The translations under genes were made by a program, and so were the position numbers. From assembly GCA_937873535.1 (NCBI GenBank), contig CALMYA010000035.1, positions 1-38,954 of the forward strand: 38,954 bases of DNA, given 5' to 3'. Numbering within the stretch: position 1 is the stretch's first letter; the number at the start of each line of letters is the position of its first letter. Positions 16,791-25,348 of this stretch are shown one piece after another. Source of the stretch: an uncultured bacterium (GTDB taxonomy: Bacteria; Patescibacteriota; Minisyncoccia; Phycocordibacterales; CAIZLB01). A model generated the notes under the pieces. The model searched no databases. It worked only from the letters and a program-made list of their open reading frames with translations, and had not been told where the DNA came from.

Positions 16791-17770
16791 TGTACAGTTA
16801 ACCATATGGGGTGACAGTTCTGCTAGGATTGGGGTGACTAAGCTTAACCAACCTTAATTTAAAGCATATGGCAAACAAAAAGCAGATACCGGCATACCCA
16901 GCGAAGGTTAGGCAGAAGTGGTATTTTCTGGTCGACAAGGTCGGAAAGACAGTGGATGAAGTGTGTGACATATATATGATTCCAAGGAAGACCTACTACA
17001 AATGGAAGAAAATTGATTTAGGCAGCAGGAATCATATTCCAAAGAAAGAGCACCCTGACACAAAACTTAAAGGTGAAGTGAAAGAGTTTGTAATTAAAGA
17101 GAAATTGCGAATTAACTACGGACCGAGAAAAATGAAGCTCTTGTTGAAGCGCAGATTCAATATCACTGTTTCAACTACAGCAATCTACAACCTGTACCTC
17201 AAGAAAGAGTTAATACGAAGACCCCAGAAAAAGCTTCCTTGGTACAAACCAATCAAAGAGGTGGTGATACCAGAGATGCCGGGAGAGGTGGTGCAAATGG
17301 ATGCGAAGTATGTGTGGGAAAGCGGGACACGTCGATATCAACGTACATTCATTGACATATTCACAGGCAGACAGTTTGCCACTGTTACAAACTCAATGAC
17401 TTCTGAAGATACGGTGAATGCTTTTTTGGAAGCAGAACGATATTTTCCTTTCAAAATTTTAGGTGTACAGAGTGACAACGGATCTGAAAACCGAGGAGAG
17501 TTTCATCAACATGTAGGTCAGAAAGGCATCGCTCACTACTTCATCCCGAAATCATCTCCGACATGGGATGGAGCAGTTGAAAGAGCACATGGAGTGATTG
17601 ATCAGGAATATTACCTTAATCCTACGAGACCTTGGAAAACATTGTCAGAGTATTTAGAGTTCTACAATTACGAAAGAATACATCTCGGCAAGTATTTGAA
17701 CGGAATGACACCACAAGAAAAATGGCAGCAGTGGCTATCCACAGTGTCACCCTTGAAGGTTAACTAAACA
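16791..17770 (+). mobile_element. IS481/IS3-superfamily-like insertion sequence (~980 bp) with a 5-bp target duplication
   Basis: Imperfect terminal IRs: TGTACAGTTAACCatatgGGGTGACA (16791-) and the reverse complement of 17742-17770, TGTTTAGTTAACCttcaaGGGTGACA. TGT...ACA termini. GTTTT direct repeats at 16786-16790 and 17771-17775. One DDE transposase ORF fills the element. Confidence 0.8.
16868..17767 (+). CDS. DDE (rve / integrase-core) transposase
   Basis: N-terminal HTH. Catalytic region VVQMDAKYV...QSDNGSENRGEF...WDGAVERAH (D, D, E). The ORF ends inside the right IR. Confidence 0.88.
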   Translation: MANKKQIPAYPAKVRQKWYFLVDKVGKTVDEVCDIYMIPRKTYYKWKKIDLGSRNHIPKKEHPDTKLKGEVKEFVIKEKLRINYGPRKMKLLLKRRFNITVSTTAIYNLYLKKELIRRPQKKLPWYKPIKEVVIPEMPGEVVQMDAKYVWESGTRRYQRTFIDIFTGRQFATVTNSMTSEDTVNAFLEAERYFPFKILGVQSDNGSENRGEFHQHVGQKGIAHYFIPKSSPTWDGAVERAHGVIDQEYYLNPTRPWKTLSEYLEFYNYERIHLGKYLNGMTPQEKWQQWLSTVSPLKVN

Positions 17771-17776
17771 GTTTTG

Positions 17777-17848
17777 TGACCCTACCGGGAGTCGAACCCG
17801 GCTTCTCTGCTTGAAAAGCAAATGTCCTAACCGATAGACGATAGGGCC
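17777..17848 (-). tRNA. tRNA-Glu (anticodon UUC), CCA not encoded
   Basis: Reverse complement folds as a cloverleaf: acceptor GGCCCTA/TAGGGTC, anticodon loop TTTTCAA, T-arm CCGGG-TTCGACT-CCCGG. 72 nt. Confidence 0.9.
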
Positions 17849-17923
17849 GATGACCGTGATAATAACATTCTTTTGAAGAAATGCCAAAAAATGCTATGAT
17901 GCAGGCCATATTCTAGAAAGTAC

Positions 17924-18013
17924 GGAGAGATGGCTGAGTGGTTGAAGGCACCAGTTTCGAAAACTGGCATGGGGGAAACCCTATCGGGAGTTCAAATCTC
18001 CCTCTCTCCGCCA
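17924..18013 (+). tRNA. tRNA-Ser (anticodon CGA), long variable arm, CCA encoded
   Basis: Acceptor GGAGAGA/TCTCTCC, anticodon arm CCAGT-TTCGAAA-ACTGG, variable arm CATGGGGGAAACCCTATC, T-arm GGGAG-TTCAAAT-CTCCC, then G-CCA. Confidence 0.92.
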
Positions 18014-18084
18014 ATACGGGTTAGCTCGGGAATAGTTGCTACGAGTCTATCTAGTGCAGTTATTGCATGTTATAATTACTACGT

Positions 18085-18504
18085 ATGATGAAATATTTTA
18101 AATACGGATTTGGCCTAGGTTTTATTATTGTATTCTTAAATCCTTGGTCTTTTGAACCTATTTACTTGTGTGGAGAAAGCTGTAATTCTTGGGTAAACAT
18201 GACAAAGAGGTTTTATGGTTTTAGTGACACTTTCCCTTTCAATTGGGTAGTACCCCTTGCTTTTATGGTCACGCTCGGTCTTTTAACTGTTTTATTTCGA
18301 TATGTATTTCTTAAAATTACGGGGCGACACAAGTTAACTACTGTCGCGAGTAATGTTGAGAATTCTTTAGATAGAATACTGGTTAGTTGCCTTCTGGTTG
18401 TAGTCTTGTGTATTATGATTACTAAATTTTTTATTATGCCAACACCAGACAGACTTCCGGCAGCACCCGGAATATTTGAAGCAAGTTCCACTATAGCTAG
18501 ATAA
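18085..18504 (+). CDS. Hypothetical integral membrane protein (139 aa)
   Basis: Three to four hydrophobic segments. TATAAT lies 8 nt upstream of the ATG. AT-rich. No recognisable domain. Confidence 0.55.
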   Translation: MMKYFKYGFGLGFIIVFLNPWSFEPIYLCGESCNSWVNMTKRFYGFSDTFPFNWVVPLAFMVTLGLLTVLFRYVFLKITGRHKLTTVASNVENSLDRILVSCLLVVVLCIMITKFFIMPTPDRLPAAPGIFEASSTIAR

Positions 18505-18609
18505 ATTTAAGGAGCCAATCCGATTTCCATGCAAAATAAGGAGTATAATTAAAGTTAGACAAAATCAACCGCACAAAACACAAAACAATTCACCACGGAA
18601 GGAGACAAC

Positions 18610-19056
18610 ATGAGCAACCATCAAATTGGGTGGGAAGCCTTTACCCACATGATAGAGAAGCAGCACCACTTTAAAGGAGGGCTGGTCACGCAGAGAATTA
18701 CGCACGGTATGGAAGAGTTCATAGGGCCTGTCTCAGACATCTTTGTTGATGACGCCGGAGCGTCAATTTATACAGGTACCTGTATCTGTACCGGCAGCCT
18801 AAGGCCAGAACCTCGCCATGTCGAGCCTCATGCTTTTGCGGTTATCGACGCTGGAGGATTCAACGACTTCTACCTGTATGCGGACCACGAAATACTGGTC
18901 TGTGTTATGGGAGAACATGTCGGCAAAAAGACTCTTGTCCACCTGTATCCATCGGGCCATCCGCGCGAAATAATACTTCGTCGCGAACTCGAAAGAGCAC
19001 GGGTAGCTTCTGTCGAACAATCCACCGAACCTGCCCTCAAACACGCAATTGCCTGA
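18610..19056 (+). CDS. Hypothetical protein (148 aa), SD-led orphan
   Basis: GGAAGGAGACAAC-ATG leader, nearly identical to that of ORF 813..1115. Terminator-like CCGC...GCGGGCTTTTGTTTT follows. No recognisable domain. Confidence 0.6.
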   Translation: MSNHQIGWEAFTHMIEKQHHFKGGLVTQRITHGMEEFIGPVSDIFVDDAGASIYTGTCICTGSLRPEPRHVEPHAFAVIDAGGFNDFYLYADHEILVCVMGEHVGKKTLVHLYPSGHPREIILRRELERARVASVEQSTEPALKHAIA

Positions 19057-19155
19057 ACCGCGTGAGTGGGGCGGGCTTTTGTTTTCATCGTGACACACGC
19101 AGTGCCAATTCGTCGCAATTCCCATACGGCTTCATCTTTGCTAGAATAACGGAAC

Positions 19156-20154
19156 ATGCCACATTCCTCGCAAGGCACATCTAAAAAAATTCTTCTCTCG
19201 GGCGTAAAGTCGACCGGGCGGCCTCATATTGGTAACTATTTCGGGGCGATGAAGCAGTTTGTCGACCTTCAGGATGAATACGAGTCGCGTATTTTTATTG
19301 CTGACCTGCATTCAATGACCACCATGCAGAACGGGGCTGAATTGGCTAAGTCGACGCTCGACCTCGCTATCGATTATCTCGCTATCGGCCTCGACCCGAA
19401 AAAAGTGCTCATTTTTAAGCAGTCAGACTTGCCTGAAGTAACCGAGCTCGCATGGATGTTCAATTGCCTCACGACAATGCCGTATCTAATGAGAGCCCAT
19501 GCATTTAAAGACGCAGAGGCTAAGAATAAAGAAATAAATGTCGGCTTGTTCAATTATCCAATGCTTATGGCAGCCGATATTCTCATTCATAACCCAGATA
19601 TTGTTCCGGTTGGCCGCGACCAAAAGCAGCATATTGAAATTACGCGCGACACCGCCGAAAAATTCAACCGCACATACTGCGCAAACTACGACCCTAAAGA
19701 CGAAACATCCGGCATATTTAAAATTCCAGAAGGTCTTATTTTAGAAAGTGTCGAAACTGTTCCAGGTGTCGATGGCCGCAAGATGAGCAAAAGCTATAAT
19801 AATCATATTCCGCTTTTCGCTTCCGATGAAGAAATTCGAAAGCTTGTGATGTCTATTGTCACCGACTCAACTGGCGGCATTCCTCAAAACGTATACAACA
19901 TTCACAAACTGCTCCGAGATGAAGAATCGCTGAAGAAAATATATGCAGAACATGAAGGGAAGTACAAAGAGCTCAAAGAAGCTCTCATTACGGACCTTAT
20001 TGCATTTATAACCCCGCTTCGAGAACGCCGCGAAAAAATAGCCGCCGACCCAGACCACGTACGCAAAATGTTGGCCAGAAACGGCGAGCTTATTCGCGAA
20101 ACTGCACATGCTCTGATGTATGAAGTACGCAAAGCAACAGGGTTAATAGTGTAA
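19156..20154 (+). CDS. trpS: Tryptophan--tRNA ligase
   Basis: SGVKSTGRPHIGNYFGA (HIGH-type), KMSKS, and 332 aa, typical of class Ic TrpRS. Confidence 0.92.
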   Translation: MPHSSQGTSKKILLSGVKSTGRPHIGNYFGAMKQFVDLQDEYESRIFIADLHSMTTMQNGAELAKSTLDLAIDYLAIGLDPKKVLIFKQSDLPEVTELAWMFNCLTTMPYLMRAHAFKDAEAKNKEINVGLFNYPMLMAADILIHNPDIVPVGRDQKQHIEITRDTAEKFNRTYCANYDPKDETSGIFKIPEGLILESVETVPGVDGRKMSKSYNNHIPLFASDEEIRKLVMSIVTDSTGGIPQNVYNIHKLLRDEESLKKIYAEHEGKYKELKEALITDLIAFITPLRERREKIAADPDHVRKMLARNGELIRETAHALMYEVRKATGLIV

Positions 20155-20174
20155 AAAACGCTGAACTTTTTATA

Positions 20175-21998
20175 ATGGTACAAAAAATCATCGAGTCTAC
20201 TTACTCTAGAAGCAAAGACTTCATGGCAATGTTCGTATACGCCGTGCGATTTTGCTATTTCAAGCCTGCTCGCAAGCTTTTTTGGGGGCTTATTGTTTTT
20301 GCTGCCGGTGTTGCCTCGCTTCCTCTTATAAGCGCTAAAGTTACCGGAGTAATAGTAGATACACTCACCGAAAAGCTTCAGCTTGGATCATTCGATACGG
20401 CCACGTTCAACTATGTGATTTTACTTACCGTGCTTTGGGCGTTTATCGATAACTTCGACAGCATTTTCAATACGGCAAAACGATATATTCGAACGCTTTG
20501 GACGTATCGAACTCAAATTGAATACGAGCTTAAAATTCTGGAGAAACGAATTGAAATAGACAGCGCTACTAGAGAGCAGGAATCATACAGAAACCTGGAA
20601 CAGCATGCTTTCGAAAAGGGCCCTTTTGTTGCTTGGAATTTGGCGCAAGGGTTTTTTAGGTATTGGGAAATATCTGTAGGATTTTTGGTGGCCGCTTTCA
20701 TTTTGGGTTTTAGTAATTTTTGGGTGCTTATTATTCTGGTAATGACGGCTCTGCCGCAGCTTGTCATCAATATAAAATTCGGCGAGAAAACATACGGTAT
20801 TTGGACGAGGAAGGGAGGCAAGGTCCAACGACTTTATTACTATTTCAGAAGCCTAATCGGTACAGAAACACTTGAATTAAACAACACAAGTAGAGTATTT
20901 TACGATAAAGTTGAAGGAATTCACCGCGACACTCAAGGAAGAATTCACGCCGAAGAAAAACGCCGTCTCGCATATACCTTTGCCAGCGACTTCATAAGTC
21001 TTCTGGGTGTTTTAGCATCTTTTTTGCTTATTGTGCTATCTGTACTTTCAGGTGCTGCAACCATTGGCGCCCTCATATTCCTGCGCGCATCAATCTACAA
21101 GTTTTCAAGCGCCTTGGAGCAGCTCATTGAGGAAGTAACGAACGACTACGAATATGTTTTGTACACCAAAGACCTCAAAGAGTGGTTTGCCATCAAACCG
21201 TTTGTAAGCGCTAAAACGGGCGACCCGTTTCCATTGCAAAAGGCCGCGCCCCTTATTGAGTTCAAGAATGTATCTTTTTCATACCCGGGTGAGAGAAATA
21301 AAGTGCTCAAAAATGTAAATCTTACAATTCAGAGCGGTGAGCGAATTGCTCTCATCGGCAACAACGGGGCAGGGAAGTCATCCCTCATTAAATTGTTGCT
21401 GAGAATTTACGACCCTACTGAAGGCGAAGTTACCGTTAACGGCAAAGATATAAAAACTATAAAAGTACGCGATTGGCGCGCGAATATTTCAGCATTATTG
21501 CAGGAATATCTGGTATTTAACATGAAAACAAAAGAGTCTATTTGGGCAAAAGTGAACCCCGACAAAGGCAGTAAAGCCGGCGCAATTGAGGCAGCCACAG
21601 CCAGCACCGCCTCAGACTTCATCGATAGATGGGACGACAAATATGAAGAGCAGATCGGCAAGGAATTCGGCGGCAAAGAGCTTTCTCGCGGCCAAAAACA
21701 GAAACTTTCGCTTGCCAGCACCCTGTACCGCGACACACCAATACTTATTCTCGACGAACCTACATCCGCCATCGACTCCGAATCTGAACTCTCAATTTTC
21801 AAAGCACTCGAGAAACTGCCAAAGTCGAAAACAATTGTATTCGTATCGCACGACATGGCCGTAGTAAGAAACGCCGATAGAATCATCGTGCTCAAAGACG
21901 GCGTATTAATAGAAGACGGCAGCCATGCTGAATTATTCGAAAAGAAGGGCTACTACAGCCGAATTTACAGCGAGCAGGTGGAGGCGATGACGAAGTAA
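20175..21998 (+). CDS. ABC exporter, fused permease/ATPase (MsbA-like half transporter)
   Basis: N-terminal 6-TM domain. Walker A GNNGAGKSS, signature LSRGQKQKLSLA, Walker B ILILDEPTSAID, H-loop VSHD. The start is uncertain (ATG 20175 overlaps a TATAAT). Confidence 0.88.
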   Translation: MVQKIIESTYSRSKDFMAMFVYAVRFCYFKPARKLFWGLIVFAAGVASLPLISAKVTGVIVDTLTEKLQLGSFDTATFNYVILLTVLWAFIDNFDSIFNTAKRYIRTLWTYRTQIEYELKILEKRIEIDSATREQESYRNLEQHAFEKGPFVAWNLAQGFFRYWEISVGFLVAAFILGFSNFWVLIILVMTALPQLVINIKFGEKTYGIWTRKGGKVQRLYYYFRSLIGTETLELNNTSRVFYDKVEGIHRDTQGRIHAEEKRRLAYTFASDFISLLGVLASFLLIVLSVLSGAATIGALIFLRASIYKFSSALEQLIEEVTNDYEYVLYTKDLKEWFAIKPFVSAKTGDPFPLQKAAPLIEFKNVSFSYPGERNKVLKNVNLTIQSGERIALIGNNGAGKSSLIKLLLRIYDPTEGEVTVNGKDIKTIKVRDWRANISALLQEYLVFNMKTKESIWAKVNPDKGSKAGAIEAATASTASDFIDRWDDKYEEQIGKEFGGKELSRGQKQKLSLASTLYRDTPILILDEPTSAIDSESELSIFKALEKLPKSKTIVFVSHDMAVVRNADRIIVLKDGVLIEDGSHAELFEKKGYYSRIYSEQVEAMTK

Positions 21999-22115
21999 AG
22001 GGTGCATTTCCTGCGTGTATTTGGGAGCACGGATATTTTCCTGCTGGAAAATTCCTCGTGCTTGCTCCGTCGAGTCTCGCAAGTCTCCCAAATACACGCA
22101 GGAAATGCACCCTTT
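21997..22115. repeat. Family-A palindromic element, copy 2 (core inverted relative to copy 1)
   Basis: Perfect 31-bp arms 21997-22027 / 22085-22115. The left arm starts within the ABC gene's TAA stop. The core matches the reverse complement of 1576-1640. Confidence 0.75.
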
Positions 22116-22156
22116 ATCTACGCCAGCATTTTTGATACACTAGCTTCTACAACTAT

Positions 22157-23464
22157 ATGAGCAATCTCAAAAACCGCGTTCACGCCAAAGACATCTCCCA
22201 ATATGCCGGGAAAGATATTTTAATTGCCGGTTTTGTGCACACTTTGCGCGTTCAGAGCAAGATCATCTTCCTTATTCTTCGTGATGCATCAGGAACAGTT
22301 CAAAACATCATTGAAGCTAAAGATGAAGCAACCTTTGAATTGGCAAAAGGGCTTTCAGCAGAATCTGTTGTTTCTATATTAGGAATCGTGAAGGAAGCAC
22401 CTCAGGCTCCGGGCGGTTTTGAAATTGCTGTATCTAAAATTACAGTTCTTTCGGTGGCAAACCCAGAACTGCCTATTCCTATAATTATAAAGGGTGGCGA
22501 TGAAGAGACAGAAGCCCCTACGCGTTTCGACTACCGCTGGATAGACTTGCGAAAGCCAGAAAAAGCTAAAATTTTCAAGGTATGGACGGAGCTCGAAAAA
22601 GGCTTCCGTACATATTGGGATGAAAACAAATTTGTGCAGCTTTACAGCCCGTCGTTTATGTCGACACCGTCAGAAACTGGTGCTGAAGTCTTTGAAGTAA
22701 AATATTTCGACAAAAAAGCTTATCTCGCACAGTCACCACAGTTTTATAAGCAGATGGCCATTGCCTCCGGTTATGAGCGAGTGTTCATGGCTGGGCCGGT
22801 TTTTCGCGCAGAAGAATCGTTTACGGCGCGCCACCTTACAGAATTCAGCGGCTGGGACTTTGAAATAGGCTATATAGATGACCATCATGACATTATGAAC
22901 GCAGAAGAGGGGATGCTTGTTTCGGGATTCAAAGCGGTAGCTGAAGCTTTTCCTGATATGAATGTGCAAATTCCTACTATACCGTTCCCGCGCATCACAA
23001 TGCTTAAAGCTAAAGAAATTCTCAAGAAAGAAGGTGTACCAAGCGGCGAACCGCACGATCTTTCACCAGAAGAAGAGCGTGCCATGTGTGAATATGTAAA
23101 AAAAGAGTACGACCATGACTTCGTATTTATAACCGACTATCACAAGTCAAAGAGCGCTTTCTACCACATGCGCCACCCAGAAAACCCCGACTACTCACGT
23201 CGTGCTGACCTTTTGTATAGAGGAATTGAAGTTACGACGCTTGCCCAGCGCGAACACCGAATTGATATTCTTGAGAAACAAGCTATTGAAAAAGGCATGA
23301 GCCTTGATGCTTTGAAAGACTACTTGAACTTCTTCCGTTGGGGCTGCCCTCCGCACGGTGGCGCCGGCATTGGCCCGGGCAGGCTTATTATGAAGCTTCT
23401 CGACCTGCCGAACGTGCGCGAGGCAACATATGTGCCGCGCGACGTGAAGAGGCTGAATCCTTAA
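22157..23464 (+). CDS. aspS: Aspartate--tRNA ligase, archaeal/eukaryal type (class IIb, 435 aa)
   Basis: OB-fold N-terminus (FLILRDASGTVQNI), motif 2 FRAEESFTARHLTEF, motif 3 HGGAGIGPGRLIM. The ELPIPI...RWIDLRKP pattern favours AspRS over AsnRS. Confidence 0.82.
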   Translation: MSNLKNRVHAKDISQYAGKDILIAGFVHTLRVQSKIIFLILRDASGTVQNIIEAKDEATFELAKGLSAESVVSILGIVKEAPQAPGGFEIAVSKITVLSVANPELPIPIIIKGGDEETEAPTRFDYRWIDLRKPEKAKIFKVWTELEKGFRTYWDENKFVQLYSPSFMSTPSETGAEVFEVKYFDKKAYLAQSPQFYKQMAIASGYERVFMAGPVFRAEESFTARHLTEFSGWDFEIGYIDDHHDIMNAEEGMLVSGFKAVAEAFPDMNVQIPTIPFPRITMLKAKEILKKEGVPSGEPHDLSPEEERAMCEYVKKEYDHDFVFITDYHKSKSAFYHMRHPENPDYSRRADLLYRGIEVTTLAQREHRIDILEKQAIEKGMSLDALKDYLNFFRWGCPPHGGAGIGPGRLIMKLLDLPNVREATYVPRDVKRLNP

Positions 23465-23488
23465 TCTGGCAATTAATTCCTATTCAAC

Positions 23489-23851
23489 ATGAACCTACGA
23501 GAAGACATTCCACAACTAGAGTTGCCGCCCGATGAAAACGCTCCAATAGGTGAAAAAGTTCGTTGGGCAATTGATATTGGTCTTGCTTCTCCGAACGACT
23601 TTACACGAGAACAGGCGGCAGCGATACTTGATACTTCGGATGAAATACTTAAATCTGAAGATCTGGCACAATTGGAAAGTCGGATGGAAACAGACATGGA
23701 TAAAACTGTACAATTTCGAATTGCTTATGCTTTGTATAAATGCGGATACCGCACGCAGGAAGTGGAGGAAAAACTAGAAGATGCTTTGAATGCCGGAACT
23801 GACGCAGAGCTCATCAAGCTCATAAAAGCAGTCTATCGCCCTGCTAAATAA
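23489..23851 (+). CDS. Small HEAT-like protein (120 aa), paralog of 8576..9013
   Basis: VRWAIDIGLASPND...TSDEIL...VQFRIAYALYKCG aligns with LEWALDMGLSSDDQ...MSDMPL...VRIRAAMALRKRG of the other ORF. Confidence 0.6.
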   Translation: MNLREDIPQLELPPDENAPIGEKVRWAIDIGLASPNDFTREQAAAILDTSDEILKSEDLAQLESRMETDMDKTVQFRIAYALYKCGYRTQEVEEKLEDALNAGTDAELIKLIKAVYRPAK

Positions 23852-23865
23852 AATTTATATTTGAT

Positions 23866-24660
23866 ATGTCAGATTCCGCATCCTTCACAATTAAAACAGA
23901 AGTTTTTGAAGGGCCGCTCGACCTCCTTCTTACACTTATTGAAAAACGCAAGCTTTTTATAAGCGATATTTCAATTGCGAAAGTAACCGACGAATATATA
24001 GAATACGTTAACCGCCTGGCCGACTACTCGCTCGGCGACCGCACGCAATTCATATATCTTGCCTCAACGCTCCTTCTTATAAAGGCAAAGTCGCTCCTTC
24101 CTAACCTTGAACTTACTGAAGAAGAGCAGAGTGACATCGGCCTACTTGAACAGCGCCTCAAAGAGCTGGCTGTTATGCGAAAAGCCGGGGCTGAAATACA
24201 GAGACAGTTCGGCATGCATATTCTATATCCTCGGGGTGATCTTCATACCGAAATTCACGTCTTTGCGCCGAGCAAAGACGCTTCCATGCAAAGTCTTTCC
24301 GAAGCTATGAACCGTGTCATCGGCGCATTGCCTAAAAAAGTTGAGCGTCCGAAAATTATGGTGCAGAAAACTGTAAGCCTTGAAGAAACAATTGAGAAGC
24401 TTACGGAGAGAATCAAAACTGCCGTGCGTATGAGTTTTGCCGAATTCAGCGGTAAACACAGTAAAACTGGCAATGGCGGCGGAAAAACCGATCCCGGCCG
24501 AACCCTTGAAGAACATCGAGGCGCCCGCGTCGAAGTCATAGTCAGCTTTCTTGCCATGTTAGAACTGGTAAAACAAGGAGTGCTCGATGCAAAGCAGGAA
24601 GGTCTCTTTGATGAAATTCACATGGAAAGCCAAGATTTGGGAGTTCCAAGGTATAATTAA
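23866..24660 (+). CDS. scpA: Segregation and condensation protein A (kleisin)
   Basis: FEGPLDLLLTLIEKRKLFISDISIAKVTDEY is the ScpA signature N-terminus. Confidence 0.9.
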   Translation: MSDSASFTIKTEVFEGPLDLLLTLIEKRKLFISDISIAKVTDEYIEYVNRLADYSLGDRTQFIYLASTLLLIKAKSLLPNLELTEEEQSDIGLLEQRLKELAVMRKAGAEIQRQFGMHILYPRGDLHTEIHVFAPSKDASMQSLSEAMNRVIGALPKKVERPKIMVQKTVSLEETIEKLTERIKTAVRMSFAEFSGKHSKTGNGGGKTDPGRTLEEHRGARVEVIVSFLAMLELVKQGVLDAKQEGLFDEIHMESQDLGVPRYN

Positions 24661-24666
24661 ACTCAC

Positions 24667-25308
24667 ATGCAACCAGAACATTCAAATTCAAATCTCGAGC
24701 ACATTGTAGAAGCCCTGCTTTTCTGGAAAGGGGAGCCGCTTTCAATAAAAGAGATTGCCAAAAGCCTTGCTGTAAAAGAAGACGACGTCGTCGCGGCAGC
24801 CGACGCGCTTGAACAATCGCTTTCAACTCGCGGCATTACGCTTTTACGTAAAAACACTATCGACAAACAAGGGAACGTGAACATGAGCGACCAAGAGTTG
24901 ATGTTAGCCACCTCAAAAGAGGCGAGTGCGCTCATTGAAAAGCTCACCAAGGAAGAACTTTCAAAAGATCTCGGCAAAGCGTCGCTTGAAACTTTGGCTA
25001 TTGTACTCTACAAGGGGCCGGTAAAGCGAAGCGAAATAGACAATATCCGCGGCGTTAATTCTACTTTTATTTTAAGAAACTTACTTATTCGCGGGCTTGT
25101 AGACAAACGCCCCGACCCGCGCGACAGCCGCGCATCGCTGTACAGTGCCTCATTCGATCTTATGTCGCACCTCGGTGTTTCAAAAATTGAAGACCTGCCA
25201 AATTTCGCCGAAGTTAAGGAAGAAATACAAAAGTTCAATGAGCATTCAGCTGAACTGCAAAAACCTGAGGCGGCCTCTGAAGAGATGGCACAGGAATCTT
25301 CCAGTTAA
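24667..25308 (+). CDS. scpB: Segregation and condensation protein B
   Basis: VEALLFWKGEPLSIKEIAKSL and ETLAIVLYKGPVKRSEIDNIRGV (tandem winged helix). TATAAT lies 9 nt upstream of the ATG. Confidence 0.9.
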   Translation: MQPEHSNSNLEHIVEALLFWKGEPLSIKEIAKSLAVKEDDVVAAADALEQSLSTRGITLLRKNTIDKQGNVNMSDQELMLATSKEASALIEKLTKEELSKDLGKASLETLAIVLYKGPVKRSEIDNIRGVNSTFILRNLLIRGLVDKRPDPRDSRASLYSASFDLMSHLGVSKIEDLPNFAEVKEEIQKFNEHSAELQKPEAASEEMAQESSS

Positions 25309-25348
25309 AAAAACCTAATAAATGGCATATCGCTCAAGTTAAGGTATA

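Noticed and set aside
17924-19125. tRNA-Ser as an integration site for a small island (membrane ORF plus orphan ORF)
   Set aside because: No direct repeat of the tRNA-Ser 3' end was found downstream, and no integrase is present. The IS next to tRNA-Glu has its own TSD and explains itself.
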